DNA of 64,000 nt, from assembly GCF_963676685.1 (NCBI RefSeq), contig NC_092353.1:34038001-34102000 (forward strand), written 5' to 3'. Below are positions 1 through 13,000 of this stretch, piece after piece (positions within the stretch are counted from its first letter, which is position 1; every line of letters begins with the position of its first letter). The stretch is from Mytilus edulis. Taxonomy: Eukaryota. The translations under genes and the position numbers were made by a program. A model generated the notes under the pieces. It saw nothing but the letters and a program-made list of their open reading frames with translations, searched no databases and had not been told where the DNA came from.

Positions 1-632
1 CATCTTTAATACAGCATGTATAAGATTATCAATAGTTCCCTGGATACAGTTGTTGTTCATATAGAACTGTTAATCTTTTTACCTTGTTCCAAGGGAAAGG
101 GGGTATTTCTAGCCCATCTCTGACTGTTAGTCCAATTCTGTGTTGGTTCATCTACCCATTGAAATTATTATCTCATTTTCTCAGAAACTATTAAACTTAT
201 GTCATCCTGAAATTTAGTATCAAGCTAAGCTTAATGTGAGTATGGTTTACTGTCAGACACATTTCAAATCAATCACTTTAATTTTGAGCTTTTGTGTTCT
301 AGCTAGAATTTAAGAGCAGAGGGACACTTTAAAATAATTGGCATAATTGAAGGCTATGATGGTTTTTTTTATAGGTTTTATGGGTTGAAAAAGGCTTTAA
401 CAAAAAGAAAACACATTTTTTTTCACTGAAAAATGCTTTTTTTCCATCAGAAAACAAAGGGCATAGTGCAGGGGCAAAAGAGGGGAGACAAAGGCACTGT
501 GCCAATCTTATTTGGGTCTACTATAGTACAATGACATCAAAATTCCTGTACATATCATTGTTCATATATACTTACGCCAAATCAGAGTTCCCTGAAATTT
601 GGTATCAAGCGCTATGTTAGTATATTCTATAC

Positions 633-1252
633 CAGGGTTTCCGCTGGCGGTCGCCATTTTCGCAATTTGCGAAAAAATAATAAATGTGGCGATAAAAATT
701 CGTCATTTGCGAAAGAATTTGGCGAAAGAATTATATAGAACGATTTATTTTCCTCCATCTTGTTTATTTACTTTTTTCGAGTTTTTCGGACTTTACCCGA
801 TCAGACAATACTCGGAATTTACCTTAAGCTCATTAAGATTTGGACAGAAAATCCATAATCAGCTGATTGCATTTTATAGCTATCGGCAACAAAGGACTAA
901 TTAATAAAGGTGTTGATTGAATTGTTTGACAAAATGATATGATTAAATGGCTTCCGATAAATGTCACATACAGAATTTATTTACCACTTTGCGACGCACG
1001 TGTTTGAAGCAAACTTTTGACGTCTCCTCTCCTTTTAAAGATAGTTTAGAAAAGAAAGCTGTTGTTGTGACGAAAAATGTTCAAAAGCAAGAAAAATCTC
1101 CGATTTAAAACTTTAATATATGTAATTGATTAGAGAGACTACTTTAAAGTCGTTTGAGTGACACGCGTGTTTCAAGCATAGTTTTACGTCTCATCTTTTT
1201 CATTTTGGCGAAAGAGGTGGCGAAAAAAATAATTAACCCAGGGGAAACCCTG
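633..1252. mobile_element. Non-autonomous hAT-type TIR element (MITE)
   Basis: 15-bp TIR CAGGGTTTCCGCTGG / CCAGGGGAAACCCTG (1 mismatch); perfect 8-bp TSD TTCTATAC at 625-632 and 1253-1260; subterminal GGCGAAA motifs. An 8-bp TSD with CAG termini is typical of hAT. Confidence 0.9.
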
Positions 1253-1650
1253 TTCTATACTGTCAGATATGTTTCCACAGCCATCACTCATCAACATCAT
1301 GTTAAAAAATAGCTATATCTAGGGTTTCTTTAGTGAATTATAGTTAACATCTAGTTGCCCAAGCTGTAACTGTAATTACATCTTGATAAAGGATATTGAC
1401 AAGCATAAAATCCGTTAATTATCTTTTTATTGTAAGCAGCTGTTTATGCAAACAATATTTCTTAAATAAATCAAGAAATAAATTGTGTTTAAATCTAGCA
1501 TTTTGACTATACAAAATACCCAATTCAAGGCTTATTTTTGTCTTTCGATTTATGCTTAAAATAAATACTATAAACCTTGATATTTATCATTGCTATCATA
1601 ATTGATATATGTACCATGAAAGGGTTATTTCTCAGTGACGATGTTGATAT

Positions 1651-2996
1651 CTTTCTAAATTATTAACATCTATTTTATCAGCAATCAAAGACGAGCTTCA
1701 AAGTTATTGTGAAACTGCCTATTCTAGAGGTGGCGTGAATCAGATGTGGATACTTAAAAATTCCAAAGATCTTTTAGAGTACATACAATCTAACTCTCTT
1801 TCATCTTGTAACAGTATTAAAACATTTGACTTTTCTACTCTTTACACAAGTATTCCACATTCCAAACTAAAAGACAAATTGAAAGAGTTGGTATTACTTT
1901 GCTTCATAAAAAAGAATGGCCAACGTAGATACAAGTATCTTGTCTTAGGGAGGGATAAATCATACTTTGTAAAGAATCACTCTGATTCAAACAAAAAATT
2001 CTCTGAAACCGATATTATCAAGATGCTTGATTTCTTGATTGACAACATATTTGTAACGTTCGGAGGACATATGTTTTTCAACAGACTGTCGGCATCCCAA
2101 TGGGAACAAACTGTGCCCCTCTACTTGCCGACTTGTTTCTTTATTATTATGAGGCTGACTTCATGCAGGAATGTCTTAGGAAGAAAGATAAGAAGTTATC
2201 AATAGCCTTTAACTCTACTTTCCACTATATAGATGACGTTCTTTCACTAAACAATTCAAAATTTGGTGACTATGTGGAACACATCTATCCCATCGAATTG
2301 GAGATAAAGGATACTACAGATACAGTTAAGTCGGCTTCATATATTGACTTACATCTAGAAATTGACAATGAGGGTCGGTTGAAAACAAAACTTTACGACA
2401 AAAGAGATGATTTCAGCTTTCCAATTGTGAACTTTCCATTTCTAAGTAGCAACATTCCAGCAGCACCTGCATACGGGGTATATATCTCCCAATTGATACG
2501 ATATTCCCGGGCTTGCATTTCCTATCATGATTTTCTTGATAGAGGGTTACTGCTCACAAGGAAGCTATTAAACCAAGAGTTCCAAATGGTGAAGTTGAAA
2601 TCATCCCTTCGTAAATTTTACGGACGCCATCACGAGTTGGTTGACCGTTATGGAATAACCGTTTCACAAATGATATCGGATATGTTCCTTATGTCGTAAC
2701 TACAATCCCCTTCCCTTTCATGAATGTGACCTACCGAATTAGACTATTTACCGGATTTGTAATCACATAAGCAACACGACGGATGCCACATGTGGAGCAG
2801 GATCTGCTTACCCTTCCGGAGCACCTGAGATCACCCCTAGTTTTTGGTGGGGTTCGTGTTGTTTATTCTTTAGTTTTCTATGTTGTGTCATGTGTACTAT
2901 TGTTTTTCTGTTTGTCTTTTTCATTTTTAGCCATGGCGTTGTCAGTTTGTTTTAGATTTATGAGTTTGACTGTCCTTTTGGTATCTTTCGTCCCTC
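1651..2996 (+). mobile_element. 5'-truncated Penelope-like retroelement (RT + thumb, no C-terminal endonuclease; probably Naiad-type), frameshifted
   Basis: ORFs 1735-2205 and 2100-2699 carry PLE RT motifs KTFDFSTLYTSIPH, GIPMGTNCAPLLADLFL, YIDD and TKLYDKRDDF. One frameshift near 2070. The ORF ends after the thumb and is followed by a ~300-bp 3' UTR. Flanked by 7-bp direct repeat TTGATAT (1644-1650, 2997-3003). Confidence 0.88.
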
Positions 2997-4056
2997 TTGA
3001 TATAGCTATATATAGGAAGTTTTCAAATTCTGGAATTATTTAAAGATGTTGACTTGTAAGATAAAAACATTGCTCTTTTCAAACACAAACTCTTGACTTT
3101 TGCATTTGATCTGAAGAGTGAGAACCCTGGTCATAGCAAATACTAACATTCTGTATGAAGAAGATTAAGGGCCTAATTTGCCTAAGAATCAGGCAGTCAT
3201 GTAACATGACAAACAAAAACCCACTCAAATTGACATTCATTTGAGTTCAAAATGTATAATGATGCATGATTATAATATTTGTCTCCTTTACTTGTTCTGG
3301 TATTTCAAGATATAATCTGGGACTACTATTCTATGTTAGTATAATAGTCCAAGATATAAATTAGATGGAATGAACTAGAAATTAACAATTAAGGGGAACT
3401 AACTCAGTAATTTGCTATCATTCTAAAAGTTATTCAAAGAATTCTCAATTACTAGACAGGCAGAAAAAAAGATCTACCATTTCTAACTCAGGATGAGGTT
3501 AACTTCAAAATAGGTTGGCTAGGTCGATATTTTTTTCCCTGCCATGTTGAATAAGGTAAACATAAAACGATCATTGGAAACCAGTGTTTTATGTTCTACT
3601 CCTATGGTCATAATGATAATGATCAAATGCTGAGCCTGTCATTTAAAATTCGCCAAAGGAGAGTAAGCTGTCTCATAACTACAAAAAGTCCATAGAAAAT
3701 GTATGAAATCCATATAAAGTTATAAAGTGTCTACACTTTTTGTGTGTATTTCTTACTGGTGCTATCTTATTAACCATGGGCATGAGTTGCATGACTTATG
3801 ATTACTAAAGATGGATGGTGACCCCATTTGGTATACCATGAAATTATTAATAATATAAACAGACAGGTAAAAAGCAATACAAACTGAATACTGTTTTTAA
3901 GTGTGTATTGTGCACACACCCTTTATGGTCCAAGAAACTTGAGAAAAAAAGTGTGGTTCAATTAATACTCATCAGTGAAGTTTCTACTGTATTGACAGGT
4001 TGACAAAATTAGTGATTTAATTTTATTGTGTTGACATTTTAATTATATCTTTGCAG

Positions 4057-7000
4057 TGAAAGCAGTATGTTTATAACACAGAAGCGATTCATACTAAAGA
4101 CATGTGGAAGGACAACTTTGCTACTTGCCATGGAACCATTGATCAGACTGGTAACAGAAAAATGTGGTGACCATAAAGTTGTGGTAGGTTATTGACAAAT
4201 TTATGGTTTTTGTTGATTGACTGAAAAAAGGCAAGGTTTCTTTACTAAAAATGTACCATTTTCTGCCATATGTAATGTATATGTTGTCTGCCACCTCTTT
4301 GACACTGTAATTGTTATGAATCTACTTACATGCACAGTGATTCATAGCAGAGAAATATAATATTTTTGCCTTCAAGATAGATAGATAGATATATGAAAAA
4401 AGCTAAGCCTTTTAGCTTTCTGTTTGACGACATCATGCATAGTAGTACTAATTTCATTTTGACATCGTTACTAAACATTTCTAAATTAAAAAGTCAAAAG
4501 AAGCATGTAAAAGATCTTGTTTAAAGTCAAATCAACTAAGCATGAAAATAAAATATTAAACACATGTATATATTAATTGTGCATATTTATAGGATGTGTT
4601 TTACTCAAGGAAGAAATTTGCAAAGCCAGAGCAACAACACAAGATACACAGAACTTTTGAAGATGAGGTAATTAGACAAGGGTAGACTAATTTTTTAATT
4701 GTTTTCTTCAGAGAAGTTTTGCAAGCTTCTAGCATGAACTTTAACCTGTTATTCAAATGTAAACAAACAAAAAATAGAAAATATATGAAATGGTAATAGT
4801 GAAATGTTCATTTGACACATTCCCCATATCCATCCTCAATTTAACCTTCATGACCGTACTTAAAATATACAAATGAAGAATTACTGAAAATTCATGAGAT
4901 GATAAAACTTCTTTCATCAGAGTAATTCCTATTTATATTGCCATTCAACTTAACATGCATAAGTTTTCTACCTGGCTGATTTATTTTCTAACCCATTTTT
5001 ATGGCAATTTCAGGGGCCAAGTAATGACTGTATTTTCATTTCTTACTCTATTGTTATAGTAATTCATTCATGACAGTATGTTTTTCTTTTAGGTACACCA
5101 CCTTGATCAGCTGTTTAAAAGTAAGTAGTTTCTGGCCAATGATCTTGTACTGTAAATTTAAAAATTATGTCAAGTTTTTATACGCCCGTCAAAATTTTGA
5201 CGGGACGTATTATGGTATACAAATGTCCGGTGTCTGTCCGTCTGTCCGTCTGTTCGGCGTAAACATGTCGCACCGTAACTTGAGAACGACTTATCCAAAT
5301 TTCATGAAACTTAATATAGTTGTTTCTTATGATGGTCACATGATCTGTATACTTTTTGGTGAAAATAAGATTTAAACTTTTTGAGTTACGGCACTTTATA
5401 ACTAAAACAGGGGTGTGTTTTTTTTCACATGTCGCACTGTATCTCAAAAACGATTCTTGATTATGACTTTAAAACTTTAAACACTTCTTAGTTATATTAA
5501 TCTCAATATCTGTATACTTTTTGGTGATGATTCAAAATTTCATTTTTGAGTTATTGAGTATTTTGTAATAAAGGGGGAGGTTTTTTTACATGTCACACCA
5601 TATCTCAAAAACTATTTATGATTATTGCTTAAAACTTTACACATGTCTTTGTTATATTAATCTCAATATCTGTATACTTTTTGGTGATGATTCAAAATTT
5701 CATTTTTGAGTTATTAGTATTTTGTAAAAAAGGGGGAGGTTTTTTTTTTTACATGTTGTGCCGTATCTCAAAAATAAGTTATGATTATTGCTTAAAACTT
5801 TACACACTTCTTTGATATATCTAAAGATCTGTATACTTTTTGGTTTTGATTCAAAATTTTATTTTGGTAATATTTAGTTTTTGTAAAAAAAAACAGGGTG
5901 GGGGGTTTCACATGTCCCGCCGTGTCTCTAAAACAATATATGGTTATTGCTTAAAACTTTCTCATAAACTATTTATGATTATTGCATAAGACTTCCACAT
6001 AAGACGTCGGGCGTATCATGTGCTCATGGCGCAGCTGTTTATTATTAATTAGAATAATTTTACTGGATAAGTATCACAATAATAAGACGTTGCATTCTGA
6101 ATTTGATATATAAATTTTTATAAAGATTTTCATCAAATCGCAAAAATTAATTTCATATTTTTGTGCAATTATAAATTTTCACAATAATTTCTGAATTTAC
6201 AGTATTCTAATGCTAAATTTATGATATCTTATAAATCAATAATTTCTCATTATTGATTTTATCAAATTGCAAAAATTCAACATGACATATCACAGATAGT
6301 AAAACCTTTATGACTTCTTGTCACGTCTGAAACAACATACAACTATATAGTCAATTACAAATGTGTTTCACAAATTTTGTTGTTAAACCTGCATGTGATT
6401 CTCTTATGGTTAACATTCACATTGTGATGCAATGGAGGAAATATACATTGTTTTGACCTTTGAAAGGCATCACTGACCTAACAAACAACCGAATATTTTT
6501 TCATGATGTTGGATAAGGCAATCAAATTAACTAATCACCACCATCAGAGAATAGCTCTATCATATCTTCATTTTGATTGAAGTGGAACAAAATTTTAATA
6601 GAACATGCATATAAATGTTATTTGTAGATGGCGCTGCTTACACACTTGGGAAGATTAATAAAGACTGTTGGTGAGTTGACTATTGTAGAAATTTCCATTG
6701 TTTATCACACACAAATATTTTATTGGGCTTTTTCCCTTTTTCAAAAACCTGTATCTGCTATATTTATACACAAAACACATGAACACTTATATGCAGCAAA
6801 AAGAGAGAGAATTATTTAATGGCCATTTAAAATAATATCCCTGTATAAGTATGCAGACAGATAAACATGTACATTGTTTGTTGATTTCTCCACATTCAGG
6901 GATATGGATTAAGGGGAGAGGGTGTATTTCATCAATTATAGATCTGAAAGCTTCATGTAATTACTTCTTGTGAATATCGATGGAATAATTATCAAACACA

Positions 7001-10000
7001 CACATTTTTTTTAACATTGGCTTAGAAATATTTATCTTTTAATCTAGCTTGAAAAAATAAAGTTCTTTTAATCAAACACTGATGTTTTAATTTGAAAATA
7101 TTCTGGATACATACAATGACATATAATGTACCATGGTTCCAAAATCAATAGTATAACTAAGTTTGTTTCGTAAGTCAAAAAGCATTTCAAGGTATTCATA
7201 TAATTCCATTTCAAAGAAATTTTATTTTATTTTCAGTCTTTTATAACACTGATTTTAATGAATTTTTACTCTTACAATTAATTAAAAATAAAGCAAAAAA
7301 TATAGCATGAAAAGTTTGATTTAATTGTTTATATCAATCATACTGAAACTATTTTATTTTGTCCTCTTGAACAGGTTATCGGACCAAATGAAAATTGGTG
7401 CTTAAGACCATGGCCAAGGATGAACGGACGGTCATGACAAATTTTGATTGGCTTTGAAAGTATGACTACATTCACAAACTCAGTTTTCAAACTGAACTGA
7501 ATTTTGATTGGTCAATTTAAATTATAACTGGGGTTCAGATTGGTCATACATCAGCCAGTTATATTTGTTATGACCCAGGTTGTACCTTTATACAAAGTTA
7601 CCTGCTAATCACTCTTTATGCCTTGCAATTAAGTTATGCTTAGTGTATTAAAATTTAAAAAAAAAGTGTACTTAAATTTTATAGAAAAACGTGAAATAAT
7701 GTTCTTTTAAAAACAGAATATGAAGGAGTTTGGTCAATTGGCAGTGTTTGTTTGTCTGTTTATTATTTGGTCAATTATCAAAGACCGTCCTTTGTGATAA
7801 GCAGTACTACTCAGTATTTATTTAAATTTTGGTATTATACTTAACTAAACATTCAGAAAGTGTATTCTTCTTTGTAGTAGGTATTACTTCACTATAAAAA
7901 CAATGTTGTAGTATAAGATAAGATACCGTAGTTAAATCATTCCTAATCCTGACCTGTTAGATAGCTAAATCATTGCTACCCCTGACTTTTTTTGGCTTTC
8001 CTTGATGAAGTGGAGAAAAAGAGACTTGGACATGCTTTATACATCATCAGCATCAACAATGTATTAGTTTGTCAGTAAACAGGTAGGGACTAGTAGTAGG
8101 TCATTGATATTATGACTGCATTTGTATTTTCAGTCATATCCAATTTCCATGGAGATTATTTGGCCATGCCCCTCAATTATGGTCTATTGTCTTTGAAACT
8201 TGCTTAGTCCATGCAGTTTACATGTTAAAGTTGTAATTAGGTTAGTTTAAGAGAAACTACTAATGGCAAGTCAATGATATTCAGTAAGCAATTGTTTTAG
8301 TGTTTGCAAGTTTTATTACCATGGATTTTATGTGTCTTTTCCACCTTATAATGGTTTATTGCCTTTGAATCTTTTTCATATTCTACAGTACATATCAAAG
8401 TTTGTGTTTAGTTAGCTTAAAGGGAACTACTTATGATAAGTCAATGACATTTGGTATGGAGTTGCATTAGTATTTGACATTTCTCATTTCAGCAAAGGTT
8501 ATATAGTCCTGCAGTCTATAACTAGTTATGATTCATCGACTGAATGTTTTGCATAGTTTATATGTTGACATTTTATATTTTAACATTTGCATTCTTCAAA
8601 AGTACAAGGCATATCATATCTCTGTGTCAACAGTTTATCTGGTTCAGAGATAGAAAGTTCTATATTCTGACACCAGCTCAAACAATGATAAATCATTTTA
8701 CTGTTGGCATGTTGCCAAGGTTACTTATGTTATCTATACCAGTGGTCCTGAGATTTTAAACTTTGTGTATGACCGAAATTAGCCTGTTCAAATATTATCC
8801 ATCATTCTTGTAGAATGTTCTACTGCTACCAAAACCAGACTTATAATTTATATAAAGCATATTTACATGAATTATCTTAGGTAATTCCTCTGCTTGTATT
8901 GATATTAAAAAGGGGAAGAGAAAATTGTATGTATCTGAATGTTTTTACACACTATAATGTAAATATATATTTGTAAAGAAAAATGTGAAGATAACTGTAT
9001 TTGAGTTTTATTATTTATATATATTTATGGATGTGACTATAGAAATATAAAAGCTATCATGTCCTATTGACACATTTCTTATTTAAATTAGCTAATAATT
9101 TTGCACATATGTTTTCATGTTCAGCAGTAAATTTTTAGAAATTCTTGATGTTTAACAAAATTAAGAAAACAACATTACAGTAGATTTCATAGAAAAAGGT
9201 CCATTAAACTGATATATATTTGGCCTAAGAGTCCTTTAGAGTTTAGACTTCAATTTTGGGATCGAAATATGTTTTACACACCTGATATAGAACAGATGAT
9301 GATATTGAGACTAAGAGTCTAACTGTTTATTATTCATGACTTGAGTTCTGCAGTTATTGTGGCTCCGTTATTGTCTTATTTACCGTATTATGGAAACAGC
9401 AACTCATAAATGGAGGAAAGTTGTTGTAATTGATTTTTAAGATAAACTTGTGAAGCACAAAAACAAAATTTAGAAATCATATTTTGACTTTTTTATTGTT
9501 GAAAAATAAACAGATATTATCACAGTAATTTGCTCTAGTTTGAATAAGCATTCAAATTGATCTTTCTTTTAGTCTATGCTAAACAAAATCAAATTATATT
9601 CAGGAATAAAAAGATGTTTCTAACTTTATCTAAATCTAACTATGGTATAATTCTTTCATTATCAGGTTTTTATTTGTGAATGAAATGTTAATTAGTTATC
9701 TTGAATGTTTCAGGCACTTGTATATGTTGGAGGATGTACCTGGTGTTAAAGATCCAGATCAGACCATTGAAATATCCTTAAAAAATGGACATTTCAATAA
9801 ACATATGTTCTATATAACATGTTTTATTTCAAAGATCTAAATATGAACAATCACATATGTGACCCGCCATGACATTTGCAGGCTTATGGAGGTAGAACGT
9901 CATTGTTAGAAAAATTATAAACATGATAAATATCGAGATTCAATGAAATACGTATTGCAAAGAAGAGATGAACACTTTCCTTGGCTTCTTTTTTGCGGAC

Positions 10001-13000
10001 GCCGAATTATACATCATATATAAGTTTGGAGAAGTTTTAGTTTATTGTGTGAAGTGAAAAATATTTGAATCTACATTTTAAATTGATACAAAAAAAAAAA
10101 ATTCTGCTCTATAGATTTCCTTTCATAAATGAAGTCTGAAATATATCCATAATAATAAATTCACCGTATTAAATGCATTTAAGAGAACACCTACTTATAA
10201 ACTGTTACGTGTTGCATACTATGTAAAGAGACATGCATAATAAATCTAAAAAAAAAAAGGAATTCTTAAAGCTTATTTTGACAAATTTTAAACATATTTC
10301 AACAAGTTTAAATTACATGTTCTAGAATAGAGCTACAAACAAAACAAAAATGCTGAGACTGCTCTAAAGATTTTTTTTTATAAATGAAGTCTGAAATATA
10401 TCCATAATAAATTCACCGAATTAAATGCATATATGAGAACACCTCATAAACTGTTACGCGTCGCTTACTATGTTTAGAGACATGCATAATAAATCTAAAT
10501 TAAAAAAAAAGAATTTTTAAAGTTTATATTGACAAATTTTAAGCTAACTACATTTCAACAAGTTTAAATTACATGTTCTAAAATAGAGATCAGAATTGTT
10601 TGTATTGTAGTAAATTTAAGTCTTTGATATTTTATTCAAATACGCTATTGAACATCACCAAGAGCCAATAAATACAATTTTGTGTTTTATAAATTAGTGC
10701 CTTCAATAAATAAAAGTCGTCATAGAACAGTCTCATTTCCATACCGGTATTCGAAATGACTCGTTGCTTTTACAACAAAAATGTCATAAAAACATTACTA
10801 GATCTTCTAGATAAATATACAAATAGCAAATTTTAAACAATGTACCCTCCGAAACCTTGAAGTGGTTAGTCACATATAGTTAATGGTGTTTTTCTCACAA
10901 TGACTTTCTACCTCCATAAGCCTGGATATGTCGTGGCTGGTCACATATGATGAGGTTAATCTGACTATTTGAGATATATATCCCGGTATATAATTTATAC
11001 TGAGAATATTGTTGAGCATGTCATATTATATAATTTCTTTTTTTTTTAAGTGCCAAGTGTTTTAGGATTAACTTTAATTGCTCATGATTAAGATTTTGTT
11101 TTAATAATGAGATGTGATATGAATTCCAATGAGACAACTCTCAACTAAAGTTCAAACGATATGTATGCAACTATCCCCCAAGGATACTTGTATTTCGTGT
11201 ATTTGAACACTTAAGATTTTTTTTAAATCTCTCGATGTACTGGTATGTGTAGTTTGTGAACATCATCTGGCAGTGCAAGCATTTTAATTGTTCTTATAAA
11301 TTACTTCTTATCCTAATTTTTCCTTAACCTATGAACCTTTTAATGTGGGATATGTGTCCAGAGAAAATGAAGATATTTACCAAGGAAGTTTCAGAAGATG
11401 GTGCAGAAGCTACACAGGTAGTTATCATGAATTAAATCTTGTTTTCTATTTAGCTTACTGTGGATTCATTGTTATTCGTTGGATGCCAATTTTCATGGGT
11501 TTCATGGAAACAGGTGAACCACGAATTCAAATGTTCAAGTTACTACAAATTTTCTATAGGCTTTGTACACAGAAATCGGCAAACCACGAAATCAAATAGC
11601 CATAAAAAGGCAAGTTTTTCTCAATCCACGAAAAATAAAAGAATCCACAGTAACTTTAAATTTTAATTGAATAGGGATAAAAGTAAATTTTAATTGAATA
11701 GGGATAACATTAATTTTAATTGAATAGGGATAAAAGTCAATTTTGATTGAATAGGGATAAAAGTCAATTTTAATTGAATAGGGATAAAAGTCAATTTTAA
11801 TTGAATAGGGATAAAAGTCAATTTTAATTGAATAGGGATAAAAGTCAATTTTAATTGAATAGGGATAAAAGTCAATTTTAATTGAATAGGGATAAAAGTC
11901 AATTTTGATTGAATAGGGATAAAAGTCAATTTTGATTGAATAGGGATAAAAGCCAATTTTTGTTAGATGAATATTGCCTTGAAGGAATTCTTTATCCACT
12001 AGTTCTAGTTTTAGTTTTGACCATTCAGATTTATTTCCTGATCTCATGAATTAAAGTAAAGCAAACAAAAATTGATTGGTTCAAAAACAAGCATGCATTC
12101 AATGCAAACATGACTTATTTTTTTAGAAATCTGGGATAATTGATATCATACCAGGACTACAGATAGATGACTTCTTGTTTGATCCATGTGGATATTCTAT
12201 GAATGGAATTCTGCCAGGGGTAAGTACTGTTCCATTTGGACATAAGTGTATGATCAGATGACATGCTATATATAATAGTAATTTGTGGAACTTATTAAAG
12301 ATATCTGAAGTAACGTTGAAAGTCAAACAGAAGCAATTCTGAATGTCTTTTAAATTTCTGAGGTATTATATTTCAAATAGAAGAGAAAATTCAACTTTTT
12401 ATAAATGCACTGCCTACAGTATGGTTTGGCTCATTATTGAAAGCTGTACTGTAGTCTTTTTTTGTTTACATCCGGGGAGGAAAGTTGTCTTATTGGCAAT
12501 CATACCAAAATATTTTTATCTTATAAAAGAGTAGGTCGGTCCGGTAAGGGCCCATTTTGGCCCCAAATTTCAGGTTCGTCTGAAGAAAGATTTTGTACAC
12601 TTTTTAAACACTTAAGTGTCTACTACGGTTTACTCAATTAGTTTGTGTGAAAAATTTGAACTGATTTATTCAGTTAAGAAGCTCATATTCAAGCTTAAAT
12701 ATAAAAAATCTGATCAATTACCGGTATGTCATAATATGTCACTTTTCAGATAGTTCTTGTCAAAAATGAAAGTGGCCGCATCCATGTTCATCCTCAAATT
12801 TTATATATGTTATGTATTATTATCAAATACAACTTACATTTAATATTGAGACAACACGAATGCAGCCACTTCCATTTAAGACGAAAAGTGTCTAAAATAT
12901 AACTCAAATACTAAAATTGTGAAGATTTCATTACTTTTACATGACTTAATGATGCTAGTACCCAATATATGTGCATTATATTGTCAAAAACAGCCCATAT

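Noticed and set aside
2715-2765. SECIS element in the Naiad-type 3' UTR (ATGA...AA...GA)
   Set aside because: The helix between the motifs does not pair convincingly, and no in-frame TGA is seen in the retained RT fragment.
2783-3043. Hydrophobic ORF MPHVEQDLL (also 46862-47155)
   Set aside because: Lies in the T-rich PLE 3' UTR; it recurs only because the repeat recurs.
11592-12047. IDFYPYSIK-repeat ORFs
   Set aside because: Translation of a 27-bp intronic minisatellite.
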